DNA of 64,000 bases. Origin: Tubulanus polymorphus (lineage: Eukaryota > Animalia > Nemertea). Within the stretch, counting starts at the first letter, position 1; each line of letters begins with the position of its first letter. The notes beneath the pieces are model-generated. The model saw nothing but the letters and a program-made list of their open reading frames with translations. It was not told where the DNA came from and made no database searches. Shown piece after piece: positions 12,900-26,900 of this stretch. Both the position numbers and the translations under genes were made by a program. The stretch is taken from contig NC_134033.1 of assembly GCF_964204645.1 (NCBI RefSeq), positions 4,116,231 to 4,180,230 of the forward strand, in the 5' to 3' direction.

Positions 12900-15800
12900 T
12901 TATTTACTGGATGTCGTCAATCCTAGTCGTCGTTTATTGCGTTCACGAATAGATTTCATATCGATATTTAGTATTGTATAAAGCAGCGGATTCAGAGACG
13001 AGTTGATCGGTAAAAATAGAACGGCCAGCCAAGCGGCCACCTGGTTCGGTATCTCGACCGAAAATACGGCGCAAAACTGAACGGTTATTATCGGTAGCCA
13101 GCAAAATAAATTACAAAGATTGATTACTAAACTCCTTCGAGCTAAAACCAGTTCGGTAGGATCGGCTCTACCCGAGCCCGACCTACTTCCAGATACGAGT
13201 CTATACATCTGGGCGTACGTCGTCATTATCGTAGCCAATATGGCCGAATTAAACAAGGCAAAAATAGCGAATGAATAGTGCCAGCCATCGACGTCGATCG
13301 TCAGTAAATTCATAGGCAAACAAACTCCAGTTGTACCGTAAAAATTGTCTCCGAAGTAAGACGACGATGACAGCGGTAGAATAGAAACTGTGCTTATAAC
13401 GAGCCAACAAATGCTGCAAATACCGATAACGTATTTCGGAGTTATAATCGCACTTCTAGAAAACGGGTTGACGATATTTGAATATCTCTGACGTGTTAGA
13501 AATAAGAGAAAAGTCAAGGAACCTTCGCACGAAACGGTGACAATAACCCCGGCGAGACGACATAATGAGCTATCCGTCCAGGTTTCAGAATTCAGATAAT
13601 AAACGCCTTTGAACACGTAGTCAGCTCCTGCGATCAAAAACAAATAGACCGACATCAGAAAATCACAACCGGCAATATTTATGATGAGGTTATCCGAAGA
13701 TGTGTTACGTGTTCCGGCGGATTCCATCCGCAAAGCATGAACGCGAAATATAATAACGATACTGTTAGCGAGAAAACTGAAAGATGCGATCATCCAGATG
13801 ATGGCTCTCAGTACAGCGTTACCCATCAGGTCAGAGCAGGTCGAAAATTGATCAGCTTCGGGAAGACATCGGTCAACATTCGGTGCCATGCAGCAAAATT
13901 TGTAAGCATCCGAAGCGAGGTATTTCAATGATGTAAGATCGCCAAGGACGTTTCTTTGTACGGATATTACTTCAAAATTGTTGACAAGGTTTAAAATTTC
14001 AAGTCGAACCAATCCAGAAAAAGCATTAGCTGGAAATATATTGGATTCTGTTACTACTGATATTTAACGACTGTAATGCGGATAAACCTTTAAATACATT
14101 TTCACCGAGAACCGATATAGAAAGTCCGTGAAGATCGAGAACAGTTAGTGACGTCAGACCTCGGAAACTACCGTCTTCTAAATGTTGCAGCGGATTTCCG
14201 ATAAGAAATAGTTGTTTTAAACCGATCAAACCTGCGAATGTATTAGCAGATAACGATGTTATGCGGTTGTGTGTAAGGTCTAATGCGTATAGATTATTTA
14301 GATTAGAAAACGCGTTTGGAAGGATGTAAGACAAATTATTGCCCGAAATATCGAGAAAACGAAGATAAATGAAAGAGTTGAACGTCGACTCGTTAGATAC
14401 GACTCTGTTATTCGACAGAATCAAAACCCGAGTTGATTCTATAAAACGACCAGTAATATCTGATAAAAGAGCATCTTCACAATCGATGAAACGACCCCGG
14501 CAATTACAACGTTCAGGACACGTGACCTTACAGTATGACTCGTCATCAGAGTTATGTTTACAATTTACGACACCGTCGCAGACTTCAGATTGCGGAATAC
14601 ATCGATTTTCCTGGCCACATTTAAACATTCCCGGACACGACCAAGTCTCGCAGTTTCGTTCATCTTCTGAATTAGGACAATCGGATCGACCGTCACAAAC
14701 GTGTCTGATCGGTATACAGTAAGATGCCGGACATTTTACAGTACCAGCCGCGCATTCGAAGTCATTACACGCGAGTATATGTTCAAGATTTCTACATACC
14801 GGGAAACCAATCGGCATCCTTTCTAAAATACACCTTTCGTGTCGGGAATAACAGCGAGGAGAATTGAACGAACATCTTTGTTCATCCGATTCCTTACACA
14901 GATCTGTGAAACGAGTCGTACAGTGATTGTCATTATTACAGTAAACCTCGGGATTCACTGTCATATTAGTGACCAATTCGTCTTCTTCGAGACTTCCGCT
15001 ACAATCTACAACACCATCCCGATACAACTGAGAACTAATACATTCACCGTCCGCGCACGAGAACCCCTGACAAAGTGCGGTAGTGCATCCGATCTCATCG
15101 GAACCGTCTTTACAGTCGGCTAGTCCGTCACATCGTTTATAACTATCGATGCATTGGTGATTGGAACAGCGATATTGCGTAGATAAACACGGTGGATGAT
15201 AGCACGAGTTCTCATCCGAGCCATCGACGCAATCTCTCATAAAGTCGCAGAAACCGCTAATCGATATAACCTGTCCATCGTTACAGCGGAACTGACTGTG
15301 TAAATTGAGATCCGTACAATTGAGTTCATCTTCACCGTGTTGACAGTCGTGTCTGGTATCACATACGCGATGGTCGCTGATACATCTTTGATCGTTACAT
15401 TCAAACTGCCACGATTTACAACCGCTTATAGAAGCTAACTCTTCACCAGTTACATTATAGGTACATAACACGGAATGTACTTTATCTTTCGTATCATCGA
15501 AAGGTTTTAATAACCATTTAATTGATTGAATATGAGTAATTTCATTTCTGGTCACCAGTGGTTTGATAACTTTGAATCCGTCGCGGTCCATTGTCAGAAT
15601 AGCGCCATATTGATGTCGATATTGAAATTCGTTGATCAAATTTTTCAAGTCGCTCTCTGTATTTGAGGAGATTCGTACTATTTCGGCGCGGATGCTGTGA
15701 CACATTTCTCTAGCACTCCGAATATTCAAACCTCGATTGTTTTTCCAGTCGGTTAGTATTTGATAACATTGTCCGGTAATTGTTACCCAACCTCTTGGAC

Positions 15801-18800
15801 AGGTTGAATTAATCAAAGTAATATCGGGAATCATTTGATCTATGGTTTTATTTAATTCTGTATTTGTTGAATTGTTCGCATCGTTTATCGTTGAATTGTG
15901 TTTGTTTTTGATGTCGATTCTCTCAGATTCACAAATGAATGTCGTGTGCGTCTCCTCGATTTGACACGGGAATCGAACCCAGTTCGCTGATCCTCGGGGA
16001 TTATTCAGGATCATCGCCGTACACGGCATATTGACGTCATTTATCGGTTGTTTTCTCAGCGGAGATATCAATCGTCGAATAACTTCTGGTATAGTTTCAT
16101 TAATAACAGGTTTATACCACTCTGTTTAGCTCAATGGTTTACCGTCAGTCCACGTGTAATAACCATCATTCTGTTTCGTGAAGAAAATGAAATATATCAT
16201 TTCTTTAAAAATCATCCTATTCTAATTCATTTTTGTATACATTAGTCTTACCTTCCATTTTAATCCAATCATCATTATGAGCGCTTTTAATGTGTACGCC
16301 ATTCGGAGAAGTTCTGTAGCGAATAATCTTTTGATGGAAATCATTTCCTGTTATGAGTTGATACTGAGTAGATGTCCCGCGTACTTCTGTCTACAGTATA
16401 TTTCAGCGTTCTCCCAATTCAGACGTTCATCTCTGATGAATTTGATGCAGGAAATTCCCGAATCCAGAAATCCTTGTTTACAGAAGAAATCATCGAAATG
16501 TTTAATCGGTAACGACTCGTGTAAAGTGTATTGTATTTGAAATATCGGAATGAAATTGTTTACTTCAAAACGCAGAGTATTATCTGTTAAACTATAAAAT
16601 ATAAGTCCACGAACCGCGTTATTTTCACATATTAATGTTTCGTGTTGGGTCCTAATAATTTCGAACAGTTTTCCATTTTGGAAGAGGTTGTACATTATCA
16701 GCTGTATCAAAATGATTGGATCATTCTCACGCGCGTTGTTTGTTTCACATGAAACTGATCCAACAAATTTGACAATAAATCTGTAATATTGAAATATATT
16801 TTGTTGTATCGGGTTTTTAAATACATAGGGAATAGATTTTGATGTACGTCCTGCCCAACCCGGGTAGTTCGGTGACTGCACGAGTCCACATTTATCTTTA
16901 GTAGTAACTGAAAGAAATGAACTGTCAAATCCATAACTATCTGCTTTTTTCACTCCTAAACATTTACGACGTAATTTAACTATAAGTGGTCCTTGCCAAA
17001 ACCCAAACTCATTAACTGTGAAATCAACAGTGTTAAATACGAGACTGTTTTTAAGAAACCGATCACTCAAACTCAGAAACTGATCACATCGCAATGAAAT
17101 CATGAGAAAACATTTATCAGTTTGATATTCGTGTTCTGATAATATGTGAATATTTTTCAAGGGAAGGCGTCGATTTCCAGGTGTAATCACGAGACAGTGT
17201 GACGTCATATTGATCTGACGTTCTTCATCCTCTAGAACGTAACCGTCACAATCAGTAGGTGCAAATGTAAGATATGACCGGTCAGAACGAACAAATGTTA
17301 ACTGATTGTTATAGTAATAAGCGTATGCTACTACAGTAACCGGTCCACCTGATGTAATCAGGCTGACGACTGATCGACCGTAGTATGAACCAGGACAATA
17401 CGGACCATAGCGTCTAGCTGTGAAATTACTACCATCAAATATATAAAAACCAGCTCGATCACAGTTTTCTGATAGCACTGTTAGTTTCAACTGTTCTTCA
17501 TAGATGTTCACTTTCCAGTTTAGTTGTAATGTAGTTACACGATACAATGTATTCTTTGATCTCGGGAACATGTGAGCAATTATTAATGGTTCTACAGTCT
17601 TTCTTGCCTAAAACACATAACGATATTGATAATAGTATTGAGTATTACCTTTAAAGTCAAATGCAAAGTTAGAAAAACTGAATTTACAAATCATTGTTAT
17701 AAACGTACAGATATCCTTTTCTTGTTGACGTAGACGTCTGATATTTTCATTGATATCACTTCAAATTCTATTTTCAAATTCGATCTTAAAAAATCCGATG
17801 TCGTTAAAACGCACAGAATCACGAGAAATCCGTCTGATTTTACACTCAGAGATTTAAGATGGTTAAAACTGAGTAAAATATCAGTTCTCACAATACGTAA
17901 CCCTTCCTGTTTATATACACCAACGACACCTGGTGACGAGACGAGATCACGTGTCCAGTTGAAGACGACGTACTGCAGAACATCGACTGTGATAGACCAG
18001 CAGTATAAGTGTTTAGACTGAGTTACTATATGTGGTATTCCATCAATTGTAGTGAGCAGTCCTGATTTATTGTAGACTTGAATTAACGGGTTAGAGATGT
18101 TCCAATCTGATATTTTGTAAACTTGCACGAGTAACTGCGACTTAACTCTACTTGAAAAAAAATCAATACGTGCTTTATTAGCTTTATTAGTTTTAGTATA
18201 AAACGATGAAGGTGGATGTCCGGTTTGTTCTCGTATAAGAGCTATAGGTTCACTGGTGCTGTTCCATCCGTCGTAAATTTGAGGACGAGTTTTCATTGGA
18301 TCCTCACCTGGTCTTAATCTGAAATCTATCTGTATGAACGTTAAATTCATTGCAAACCCGTCTGGCATCCCGATCCATTCTAACAACAATTTACATCGCC
18401 GGGTAAAAATCATGAATTCATGACCTGTTTGAGTTGGTATTTCGTTAACTGCATGTTTTGAACATGTATGTACGATTTTCAAGCGACTCTGTTCCTCAAA
18501 ACGGTATATAATATAAACCCGACTACCTCGCGCTCCATCGACGTTACTCCTAAACAACAACGTAATCAAATCGTTACTGCGGATATCTAGTCGTTTTCTT
18601 CCGGTAGCGCAGAGTTTGTTGTCGGACTCACCGACGAGAAGGTAGTTTTCGTTACAGAATATCGACGGCTCGATATCGTGGTAAACTTGAACGAGAAAAC
18701 TTCCCGGTAAAGAGCTGTTGACGAACCAACGACATTCAACACCGCGCTCTAACGACGGATAGTTCGGTGAAACGATGTAACCGGACGTAGAATCGACGGA

Positions 18801-18938
18801 GTATTGAGTGTTGTTACAAGATGAACTGACTGTAACAGACGCGGCTTCCTCGACAGAGTTTGCGCGATCAGCCCGCGTAAATATACAGTCTCCGCAAGCG
18901 ATCAGTAAAACTACAAACAACGCTTTCATTCGCTGCAT
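12900..18938 (-). pseudogene. GRL101-like GPCR copy B (two nonsense codons plus a frameshift)
   Basis: Exons 18938-17709, 17607-16252, 16170-12900. TAA at 16353-16351 (Glu in paralogs), TAA at 16128-16126 (Tyr in paralogs), and a +1 base at ~14026. Confidence 0.92.
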
Positions 18939-19465
18939 ATTGAACACAATTCACGCTTCAAAACAAACACATCTCTAACTCTTTCCAAGTTTGCACGACC
19001 TTTCTCTAAAGAGTATGTGCAAAGTTATGACGAATTCGTAAATGGCAGAAGTTGACGAATTGATCGAGTCCAACTATTTCGTAAAAAATCCGCCCAATAA
19101 ACTGGCGCCAGTCTCGTATATGTGAAACTTTCATCTGTTCTCGGTTTCGCTGTAATTACCGCGGTTTCTAAATTTAGACGTGTTTCAATATATCGTGTTT
19201 ATCATCGTGTGCAATTATTTCTCTATAAAATTTTTCAGTCGCTCCCGAACTGCGTTCAGTTTGTGATAATATTCGATAATATTTTCTATCTATACCTCAA
19301 AATATTCTGCGTCTCTGTAAAACACTTTGTCAATATCGGTTTTGACAATTCACACTCTACAGTCAATATAATAACTGAGTTGAAGCTAAGTGAAGCGCAT
19401 TGATATCTGATTGTGGCGGGTAAGGATTTGTTCGGTACTGACTTTTCGGAGAACCAACGCCAACC

Positions 19466-19620
19466 AAGTAAGACGACGATGACAGCGGTAGAATAGAAAC
19501 CGTGCTTATAACGAGCCAACAAATGCAGCAAATGCCGATAACGTATTTCGGTGTTATAATCGGACTTTTAGAAAACGGGTTGACGATATTTAGATATTTA
19601 CGATATTTAGAATTAAGAGA
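19466..19620 (-). pseudogene. Isolated TM3-TM4 fragment of the receptor upstream of copy B
   Basis: aagtaagacgacgatgacagcggtaga...gaaaacgggttgacgatatt closely matches the 7TM coding region (e.g. 24439-24565). Confidence 0.9.
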
Positions 19621-19954
19621 TAGTTAGATAGTTCTAAGACATTTCTTCGAATTCAGTGATAATTCGAGTTACAGACAATGGACATTTGATTAATTGAATT
19701 TATTGCATATTTCCTATGATGATATCATCTTAGTTTATCTTATCTAATAAGCAATTGCAAATAGCTCTAAGATTCGTGCTTGATTCCTGTGAAAATTCGA
19801 GTGACAATTCAATAATGGAAATGTGATTGATAAATTGTGTTGCAAATCGATATTTCTTTTAATTCGATTTTGAAATGATTTAAATTACTGCATAGAACTA
19901 TCATTTTAACGAGGACTGTTAGAGAATATCTGATATTATATCTACTTCATATAT

Positions 19955-22290
19955 TCTACTTCGAAACTCGGAATTGCACTTGCGCGAAACGACGCAAAAT
20001 CGTTCTGGCGTATTCTAAAATCCACCCAGGAAAAAAAAACGAAAGAAAGGGTAATAAACCGACATTAAATGAATTCGAAACTTATTTTGCCGGCCTGGGT
20101 GAATCCGTGAACAATGCTACTATTGATCCCGACCTCGAACTTAATAATCAAGACCAATTAAAGTCGCAGGAGCCACGTGATTTAGATTTTCCTGTTACGA
20201 TAGAGGAATTTGTAATAAAAAAACTGAAACGCGGAAAATCGCCTGGATTAGATAATATACTTTCTGATATGTTTGCGGCTACCCTGACTATATATTTTAA
20301 TGCCATTTTAGAAACCGGTTTGTACCCAAGCGACTGGTGTGAGGGTTGTATCACTCCGATCTATAAAAAGGGCTCCGTATCAGATCGCAATAACTATACA
20401 GGGATAACTGTGCTAAGCTGTTTCGGAAAGGTCTTTTCTACCATTATTAACACTCGTAAAATTCAGTGGACAGAAACATATATCATATCATAAACGAATG
20501 TCAGGCTGGCTTTAGGCCAAACAAAGGTACTACGCAACAATCGTTTGTGATATCATCCTTAATTAACCATTGTCTTCAGTCGAAAATGAAAGGTGTGTTC
20601 TTTGCGTTTATCGATTTCTCTAAGGCCTTCGATGTTCTAAATCATGAGATATTATGAAAGAAATTAATCCAATCGGGAATTACAGCCAAAGTTTATAATA
20701 TTTTGCGCTCGATGTATGCTGGTAATAGATCCTGTGTAAAAAGTGATGGTTTCCTATCTGGGTTTTTTAACTCTGATACTGGAGTGAGACAGGGGCGGAA
20801 TGCATTTCACCAGCTCTTTTTAATCTCTATATAAATGATATGGAAAATTTCTTTATTGAAAACGGTCACACTGGTGTAGATTTTGAATTCTTTAGAATAT
20901 ACCTCTTGCTCTATGCTGATGACACTGTCATCGTGGCTAAATCACCCACAGAGCTGCAGAGATCTCTAGATATACTTAACCAATATTGTACAAAAAGGAA
21001 ACTATCAGTTAACACTGAAAAAACCAAAGTCATGAAAGTATGCTATCGTAGGTCTGCATTGCAACCACCAGGTGTGTCAACGATGGTAATCAGCTTGACG
21101 AGGTATCTATGTTTAAATATCTAGGATTAATTACACAGGGTAATGGCTGTCTCAGACATTCAATAAAATCTTTAGCTGATCAAGGATTAAATGCTATGTT
21201 TGCAATGAAGAAGTATTTGCCAAGTGCAAGACTCTTGACCCCAAAGGTAAAGGGGGATATTTTTGATAAACTTGTAAAATCAGTCTTAATGTATAGTTCT
21301 CCGGTATGGGCATTCCAGAACTTAGAAGCTATTGAATCTGTACACCTTAAATTTTGTAAATATGTGCTAAGACTAAGACGTTCTACTCCTAATGTAATGG
21401 TCTATGGAGAACTGGGCAGGTATCCCATTAGCGTTGACGTTACTATTTATGTTTGTAAGTTTTGGGTAAAAATATTCCCCTGCCTGGACAAGCTTGAGAA
21501 AAACTTACTCTCTGTTACTAATGGACTCGAATAATGTTCCAAATGCAAAAAACTGGGCAACAGATATGCGAGATTTGTTGAACCGCCTAGGTTTAGGTAA
21601 TTTTTGGCTAGATTAGGCTATATACAATAAAACTCTGTTCTTAAAATTAGTGGAACAGAAAGTTAAAGAAATGTTTATCCAGAACTGGTACGGCTCAATG
21701 GAGAATAGCTCCAAATGTATCTATTATAAAAATTTCAAAACTATGTTCAAATATGAGGGATATTTAGATATCAGCGATCATCATTTGGTTAAAATTTTAA
21801 GTAAATTTAGGTGTAGTAATCATAACCTGCATGTTGAAACTGGAAGATGGGCCCGACCCATCACACCCAGAGAACAGCGTATATGTAGCATTTGTAACAC
21901 TGACCAAGTAGACGATGAGTACCACGTATTGCAATGCTTACAGTGCCCTGAGAAGCAATCTTCTTTCGAACTATTATGTTCACCATCCATCTGTCTTCAA
22001 ATGTATTATCTTCCAACTCTCCTGCCACCATTATAAAACTAGGCAAGTGTTTAGATCAATTATTTAAAAGAAGAAAATTGCTACTCAGGGACGATAATCA
22101 CTAAATCGCATAAACCGTCATATGTATAATTATCTTTTATTTATTGTCATTACAAGTTTGTAAACTACTTTGACAGAAATAAATACTATACTATACTATA
22201 CTATACTATACTATACTATACTATACTATACTATACTATACTATACTATACTATACTATACTATACTATACTATACTATACTATACTATA
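19955..22290 (+). mobile_element. 5'-truncated, frameshifted non-LTR retrotransposon, RTE-X-like
   Basis: RT motifs across broken ORFs: KSPGLDNI, PIYKKG..NNYTGIT, QAGFR, FIDFSKAFD, LLYADD, FKYLG. C-terminal HNLHVETGRW..RICSIC..DEYH. Ends with AATAAA and a (CTATA)n tail. Confidence 0.9.
22184..22290 (+). repeat. (CTATA)n microsatellite, LINE 3' tail
   Basis: About 21 perfect units directly after AATAAA. Confidence 0.95.
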
Positions 22291-22294
22291 TCAG

Positions 22295-23480
22295 TTAGGG
22301 AATTGAAGTTGACTTATTAACACGGTCAGTCCGGTATTATTTAGCCAGTGCTTCTCGTGTCCATTGAACCCCATTATGCCAAACTCAGTTCATATTGTGT
22401 CCAGTTATTGTCCTCGGTTTTTGAAATAATTGAATACTTATTCGTAACATACGTTGAATTCACTATACACGCGCATATATGTCCAGTCCTTACGTGAGGT
22501 TAGGTTAGTAAAAAGGGGGAGATCTATAAGCTTTTTATCAATTATTAGGTCCACTAATTTAAATACTAATTTGCGAAGTTGCCGAGGGATGCTTTCGACA
22601 GTTCACATCTCGTGGATAAATTAGTCTAGTTGACTCTCTGTCTCTGGGATCTCACTCGGGAATCCAACCTAAACTTAAACATTGATTCTACCAGTCAGAA
22701 CTGAAATATGAAATTGTTGTTTTTCAGATCAGCCATTGCTCACTCAGAAACTGCAGTCATACCGCTGCCAATAACGCTGGGCTGACTAAACCAATGCTGT
22801 GGACTCCAAGCCTTTATAGATAATCCATGATGCTCCGCACAGAAATAGGTGGTGAGTAGATTTGTTGTTGTTTATTACTGGATATAACAGATTACAATGT
22901 ACATGTATCGAGTCGAATTAAAAATTATCATTGAGATCAATATTCTTTTTTAGGTAAGCTCATCTTCTCTCAGGACCTGATTGCTGTCAATGCTTGCTGA
23001 ATAAACCAACAACGGACAGATATTATTCCTGTTGCTTGGGTGTCACATCTCCCAATTAAACGATAACTGATCGAAAAAATTCATGAAGTTCCACTCACGA
23101 ATCGGTAAGAGACATTTCAATTTCAATTCTAAATGTCAAACTTAAGTTACGTCGGATTTAAGCTGATTCAAGTCTCATTAAACACTTTAAGTTGCTTTTT
23201 CAGAGAAGACCTTCCTGTGCAGGATCTGATCGCTGCCAATGCGTGTTGACTAAACCGACAAATACAGTTTCCAGATTCCAGACCTTCCTCACTTCATCAG
23301 GACCTGATTGCATCAAGTGTGTGCTGACTAAAAAAACCTGGTCTGGTATAGGACTCCTGTGAGCTGAATGATAAATCTCTTCGAGGAAAAGATAATCGAA
23401 AAACTGCTCACATAAATCGGTGAGTAGAAATTTTAAATTTTTTCTCTATAGGAATCTGAGGTTAGGTAAGGTTTTATTTC
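22295..23480 (+). ncRNA. Family X copy 1: candidate multi-exon non-coding gene or repeat
   Basis: Homologous to the reverse complement of 53900-54790. AG...GT(G/A)AG-bounded segments at 22728-22851, ~22954-23104 and 23204-23419. Recurrent motif GGACCTGATTGCTGTCAATGC..GACTAAACCAAC. No conserved ORF. Confidence 0.45.
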
Positions 23481-23984
23481 AATTTTAACAGGACATTTCG
23501 TGTTCACTCACGCGTGACGAGGGTGGATATGCAAACTACCCTCGTCACGCATTGAATCATCCAGTAGAATTTCAAATATTGGTTTTTTAAATGATGCACT
23601 TTCACCATTTCTCGGGATCAACCCAAATCGCGACCGGTAGACTCAAACTCTTCCGGCTACGGATCTCCACACGTCACATGAATCTAATGTCTAATCACCA
23701 TGATTTCAATTCAATAAACTGAAGCTTATATATTATTGAATAACAACTTATGTTTCAAAAATGAGCGCAAATTATCGCAACAATGGGAACCTCGAGGGAC
23801 CGCCACAAGATGGCGCCTAGAAACTGGAAACTTCTTTATTATGAATGATACAATGAATCATTGTATTCGTTAAACTTATCAGGTCGTGACCCCAAACGAA
23901 CTCAACCAAGTTTTAGGATTTCGAGGTTCAAATCCAATTTATAGATAGGCAAATATTATAAAGTGACTCTTGTCAAACTGTTGT

Positions 23985-26900
23985 TTATTTACTAGATGTC
24001 GTCAATCCTAGTCGTCGCTTATTGCGTTCACGAATAGATTTCATATCGATAGTTAGTATTGTATAAAGAAGCGGATTCAGAGACGAGTTGATCGGTAAAA
24101 ATAGAACGGCCAGCCAAGCGGCCACCTGGTTCGGTATCTCGACCGAAAATACGGCGCAAAACTGAACGATTATTATCGGTAGCCAGCAAAATAAATTACA
24201 AAGATTGATTACTAAACTCCTTCGAGCCAAAACCAGTTCGGTAGGATCGGCTCTACCCGAACCCGACCTACTCCCAGATACGAGTCTATACATCTGGGCG
24301 TACGTCGTCATTATCGTAGCCAATATGGCCGAATTAAACAAGGCAAAAATAGCGAATGAATAGTGCCAGCCATTGACGTCGATCGTCAGTAAATTCATAG
24401 GCAAACAAACTCCGGTTGTACCGTAAAAATTGTCTCCGAAGTAAGACGACGATGACAGCGGTAGAGTAGAAACGGTGCTAATAACGAGCCAACAAATGCA
24501 GCAAATACCGATAACGTATTTCGGAGTTATAATCGGACTTCTAGAAAACGGGTTGACGATATTAGAATATCTCTGACGCGTTAGAATTAAGAGAAAAGTC
24601 AAGGAACCTTCGCAGGAAACGGCGACAATAACCCCAGCGAGACGACATAATGAGCTATCCGTCCAGGTTTCAGAATTCAGATAATTAAACGCCTTTGAAC
24701 GCGTGATCAGCTCCCGCGATCAAAAACAAATAGACCGACATCAGAAAATCACAACTTGCAATATTTATGATGAGGATATCTGAAGACGTGTTACGTGTTC
24801 CGGAGGATTCCATCCGTAAAGCTTGAACGCGAAATAAAATAACGATACTGTTAGCGAGAAAACTGAAAGATGCGATCATCCAGATGATGGCTCTCAGTAC
24901 AGCGTTACCCATCAGGTCAGAACAGGTGGAAAATTGATCAGCTTCGGGAAGACATCGGTCAACATTCGGTGCCATGCAGCAAAATTTGTAAGCATCCGAT
25001 GCGAGGTATTTCAATGATGTAAGATCGCCAAGGACGTTTCTTTGTACGGATATTACTTCAAAATTGTTGACAAGGTTTAAAATTTCAAGTCGAACCAATC
25101 CAGAAAAAGCATAGCTGGAAATATAATGGATTCTGTTACTGCTGATATTTAACGACTGTAATGCGGATAAACCTTTAAACACATTTCCACCGAGAACCGA
25201 TATAGAAAGTCCGTGAAGATCGAGAACAGTAAGTGACTTCAGACCTCGGAAACTACCGTCTTCTAAATGTTGCAGCGGATTTCCGATAAGAAATAGTTGT
25301 TTTAAACCGATCAAACCTGCGAATGTATTAGCAGATAATGATGTTATGCGGTTGTGTGTAAGGTCTAATGCGTATTGATTATTTTGATTAAAAAACGCGT
25401 TTGGAACGATGTAAGACAAATTATTGCTGGAAATATCGAGAAAAAGAAGATAAATGAAAGAGTTGAACGTCGACTCGTTAAATACGACTCGGTTATTCGA
25501 CAAAATTAAAACCCGAGTTGATTCTATAAAACGACCAGTAATATCTGATAAAAGAGCGTTTTCACAATCGATGAAATGACCCCGGCAATTACAACGTTCA
25601 GGACACGTGACCTTACAGTATGACTCGTCATCCGAGTTATGCTTACAATTTACGACACCGTCGCAAACTTCAGATTGCGGAATGCATCGGTTTTCCTGGC
25701 CACATTTAAACATTCCCGGACACGACCAAGTCTCGCAGTTTCGTTCATCTTCTGAATTAGGACAATCGGATCGACCGTCACCAACGTGTCTGATCGGTAT
25801 ACAGTAAGATGCCGGACATTTTACAGTATCAGCCGCGCATTCGAAGTCATTACACGCGAGTATATGTTCAAGATTTCTACATACCGGGAAACCAATCGGC
25901 ATCCTTTCTAAAATACACCTTTCGTGTCGGGAATAACAGCGAGGAGAATTGAACGAACATCTTTGTTCATCCGATTCCTTACACAGATCTGTGAAACGAG
26001 TCGTACAGTGATTGTCATTATTACAGTAAACCTCGGGATTCACTGTCATATTAGTGACCAATTCGTCTTCTTCGAGACTTCCGCTACAATCCACGACACC
26101 ATCCCGATACAACTGAGAACTAATACATTCACCGTCCGCGCACGAAAACCCCTGACAAATCTCGGAAGTGCATCCGATCTCATCGGAACCGTCTTTACAG
26201 TTGGCTAGTCCGTCACATCTTTTATAACTATCGATACATTGGTGATTGGAACAGCGATATTGCGTAGATAAACACGGTGGATGATAGCACGAGTTCTCAT
26301 CCGAGCCATCGACGCAATCTCTCATAAAGTCACAGAAACCGCTAATCGATATAACCTGTCCATCGTTACAGCGGAACTGACTGTGTAAATTGATATACCT
26401 ACAATTGAGTTCATCTTCACCGTGTTGACAGTCGTGTCTGGTATCACATACGCGATGGTCGCTGATACATCTTTGATCGTTACATTCAAACTGCCACGAT
26501 TTACAACCGCTTATAGAAGCTAACTCTTCAACAGTTACATTATAGGTACATAGCACGGAATGCACTTTATCTCCTGTATTATCGAAAGGTTTCAATAACC
26601 ATTTAACCGATTGAATATAAGTAATTTCATTTCTGGTCACCATTGGTTTGGCAACTTTAAATCCGTCGTGGCCCATCGTCAGAATAGCGCCATATTGATG
26701 TCGATATTGAAATTCGCTGACCAAATTGTTCATATCGCTTTCAGTATTTGAAGTGAGTCTTACTATTTCGGCGCGGATGCTGTGACACATTTCTCTAGCA
26801 CTCCGAATATTCAAACCTCGATTGTTTTTCCAGTCGGTTAGTATTTGATAACATTGTCCGAAAATAGTTACCCAATCTCTTGGACAGGTTGAATTTATCA

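Noticed and set aside
22960-23340. Selenoprotein-like C-TGA pattern (DLIAVNAC*) in the family X motif
   Set aside because: Frame and TGA are not kept in the 54-kb copy, and no start codon or SECIS was identified.
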